Shown in pieces: positions 62,063-64,000 of a stretch of DNA of 64,000 nt; position 1 is the stretch's first letter; each line of letters begins with the position of its first letter. A program made the translations under genes and the position numbers. The stretch is taken from NCBI RefSeq assembly GCF_009834535.1, contig NC_045698.1:4280001-4344000 (forward strand). The letters are read 5' to 3'. Under the pieces are notes generated by a model, which was not told the origin of the DNA, did no database searches, and worked only from the letters and a program-made list of their open reading frames with translations. This stretch comes from Camelus ferus (taxonomy: Eukaryota).

Positions 62063-62411
62063 AAGGCATCTTCAAGGAGCCTACCTTCTCATCTTTGTAA
62101 CAGTGTTTCTTCCTTATCACCAAGCCAAAAGGCCTGCGACCTCTTTTTCCTTGTTCATAAAATTTAATTTTTTCCTTTCAAAAAACAAAACAGGACCTTC
62201 TGGGACAAGGAAGAAGACAAATGCTGCGTCTCTCCGAGGACGTGTCTTCCCCAGTCCTGGATCTTAGCCTTTCAACTCCTGACTGGTCTCCACTGGGAGG
62301 AGGGACCCTGACACTTACAGCTGGGCTCGGGGTGGACCTGGGACAGTGGACTTGGCAGCCCCAGAGTCAGCAAGGCCAGGACCGTGATGGCCGGACCTGC
62401 CCAAAAGGGCA

Positions 62412-62950
62412 GTCGTGGGTGGAAAATGGTGGCTTCCAAAATGGCATGGCCTCTTGGACTCTGTAAATGTGACATTACTGAGAAAAAGAGTCCTTGCAGA
62501 TGTAGTTAAGAATCATGATATTAACGAATGTATATAAAATAGATAAACACGTTTATACTGTATAGCACAGGGAGCCATATTTAGCATCCTGTAGTAACTT
62601 ACGGTGAAAAACAGTATGAAAACGAGTGTATGTTCCCATATGACTGAAGTATTGTGCTGTGCCCCAGAAATTGCAACATTGTAAACTGATTATACTTCAA
62701 TTACATATATATATATAAAAGAATCATGAAATGGGAACATCCTGGATCATCCAGATGGCCCTAAATCCAATGATAAATGTCATTACAAAAGACACAGAGA
62801 AGACAGCCACGTGAAGATGGAGGCAGAAATTGGAGGGACGAGGCCACAAGCCCAGGACCACCTGGAGCCTCCAAAAGCTGGAAGAGGCAGGAAGGATCCT
62901 CCCGGAGCCCTCAGAGAGTGTCGTCTGTCAACACCTTGACTTCAGACTTC
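62412..62950 (+). mobile_element. MLT1C-like LTR interrupted by a young L1 3' end
   Basis: ctgtaaatgtgac...agtccttgcagatgtagttaag, then the insert, then gccctaaatccaatga...gccacgtgaagatggaggcagaaattggag...caccttgacttcagacttc. Confidence 0.85.
62519..62718 (+). mobile_element. Short 5'-truncated camelid/cetartiodactyl-type L1 3' end
   Basis: tactgtatagcacaggga...tgactgaagtattgtgctgt...aacattgtaaactgattatacttcaatt with a (TA)n tail. A perfect 11-bp TSD aagaatcatga (62508-18 and 62719-29) sits at a tt/aaga L1-endonuclease-type site. Confidence 0.9.
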
Positions 62951-62964
62951 GGGAAATCAGGTGA

Positions 62965-63048
62965 AGCCCTGCTCCACCCTAGCTGGCTGAGTGACCTGAG
63001 CAGGCTGTGCAGCCTCTCTGTGCCTGAGCCTCCTCACCTGTACACTGC
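62965..63048 (+). mobile_element. MIR core fragment
   Basis: ggctgagtgacctgagcagg...cctctctgtgcctgagcctcctcacctgta. Confidence 0.65.
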
Positions 63049-64000
63049 CCCACGGGCCGACCGTGGGGGCTGGGTCGGCGTGAGCAGAGCGCTTACCTCG
63101 TGTCCGGCACGTCAGTGACAACACGCACATGTCTGCAGTCAGTACACCGGTGGAACCCAAGTGTTAAAAATCATTACGTAGGAAGATTATCGACGGGCCT
63201 GGACTCTCATGGTAACTGCTTTTTGAAAAACAAAGCAGATTACTAACGTGTGTGTGGGAATATATTCCAATCCAGTTACTCATCTGTGTAGAAAAAAATT
63301 TCATAGAAAAAGGTCTAGATGGATAAAAATTGTAATATTAACAATCAAGGCAGCAATATGGGCGCCTTTCTTAGCTGTATGTCCCTAAGTGTTCTGTAAT
63401 GAACACTTCTGACTGTACACCCAGGAAGATGCAGGACACCCTACTTCTGCACACAGGTGGGGCTTAATATTTGGGTTTCTTACATTTGCTCACTGCAGAG
63501 GCAGCGTAGATAATCGAGAACAGTGACTTAAAGCTCAGGCCCCGGGACCCGCCTCTTGATGCCACAGGGTGTAGTCGTGCCTTGAAAACCACCGAGCTTT
63601 CAGGCTGGTTGTTGATCAGTGTTCCGGGGAAGTGGGCAGGGGCAGGAGTTCAAAGTCAAAGGAGGAATTCGCAACTAGCCAGGTGTCCATGAGTAGGGGG
63701 TAAAGAAGCCCATTAAAATGGCTGATGTCACACCAGGGTGACTCCAATAACTGTTTTAACTGAAATGAGGCCCTTGACAGGAGGAGTCAAAGGGCCAAGG
63801 GAAGGGGCAGTGAGTTCAGGTGTGTGCATCTCGAGTTTGAATTGTGGTCTTGTACCTGCCAGTGGAGAAGTCTAGAGGCATCAACACCCCACCTGCATCG
63901 TGCGTTTGCAAGGAAGCTGCCTGCAGACCCTTCGAGGCTCCTCTGAAGTAACAGGATGTCAGGTCTGAGCTGAGATTGCTCTGCACCCTAAAGACAGTGG

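Overview
This is mammalian nuclear genomic DNA, most likely from a camelid (alpaca, llama or camel). The evidence for that is a Vic-1-like tRNA-Ala-derived SINE at about 38.4 kb, a camelid-type L1 3' end at about 62.6 kb and a MER41-like ERV1 solo LTR at about 29.4 kb. I recognise no protein-coding gene, RNA gene or prokaryotic-type system. The window looks intergenic or deep-intronic and is dominated by transposon fossils. Bases 1-8.5 kb hold a long decayed L1MC-type LINE-1 carrying nested MLT1A, Tigger1 and MLT2 insertions. It abuts a hAT-Tip100 (Zaphod-like) transposase relic at 8.5-10.4 kb. The remaining, more GC-rich region has many MLT1 LTRs, L2, MIR, MER20, MER58A, MER103, Tigger3 and L1 fragments, simple repeats and unique sequence. 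The ORF track is explained by L1 ORF2 relics, one hAT relic, low-complexity DNA and chance ORFs. Items worth a second look are a 28-bp direct repeat around a composite insert, a twin-primed L1, a few exon-shaped segments, and some candidate enhancer, CTCF and CpG-rich elements. I found no convincing novel biological system. Repeat family names come from my recall of consensus sequences, not from a database search, and subfamily calls are approximate.
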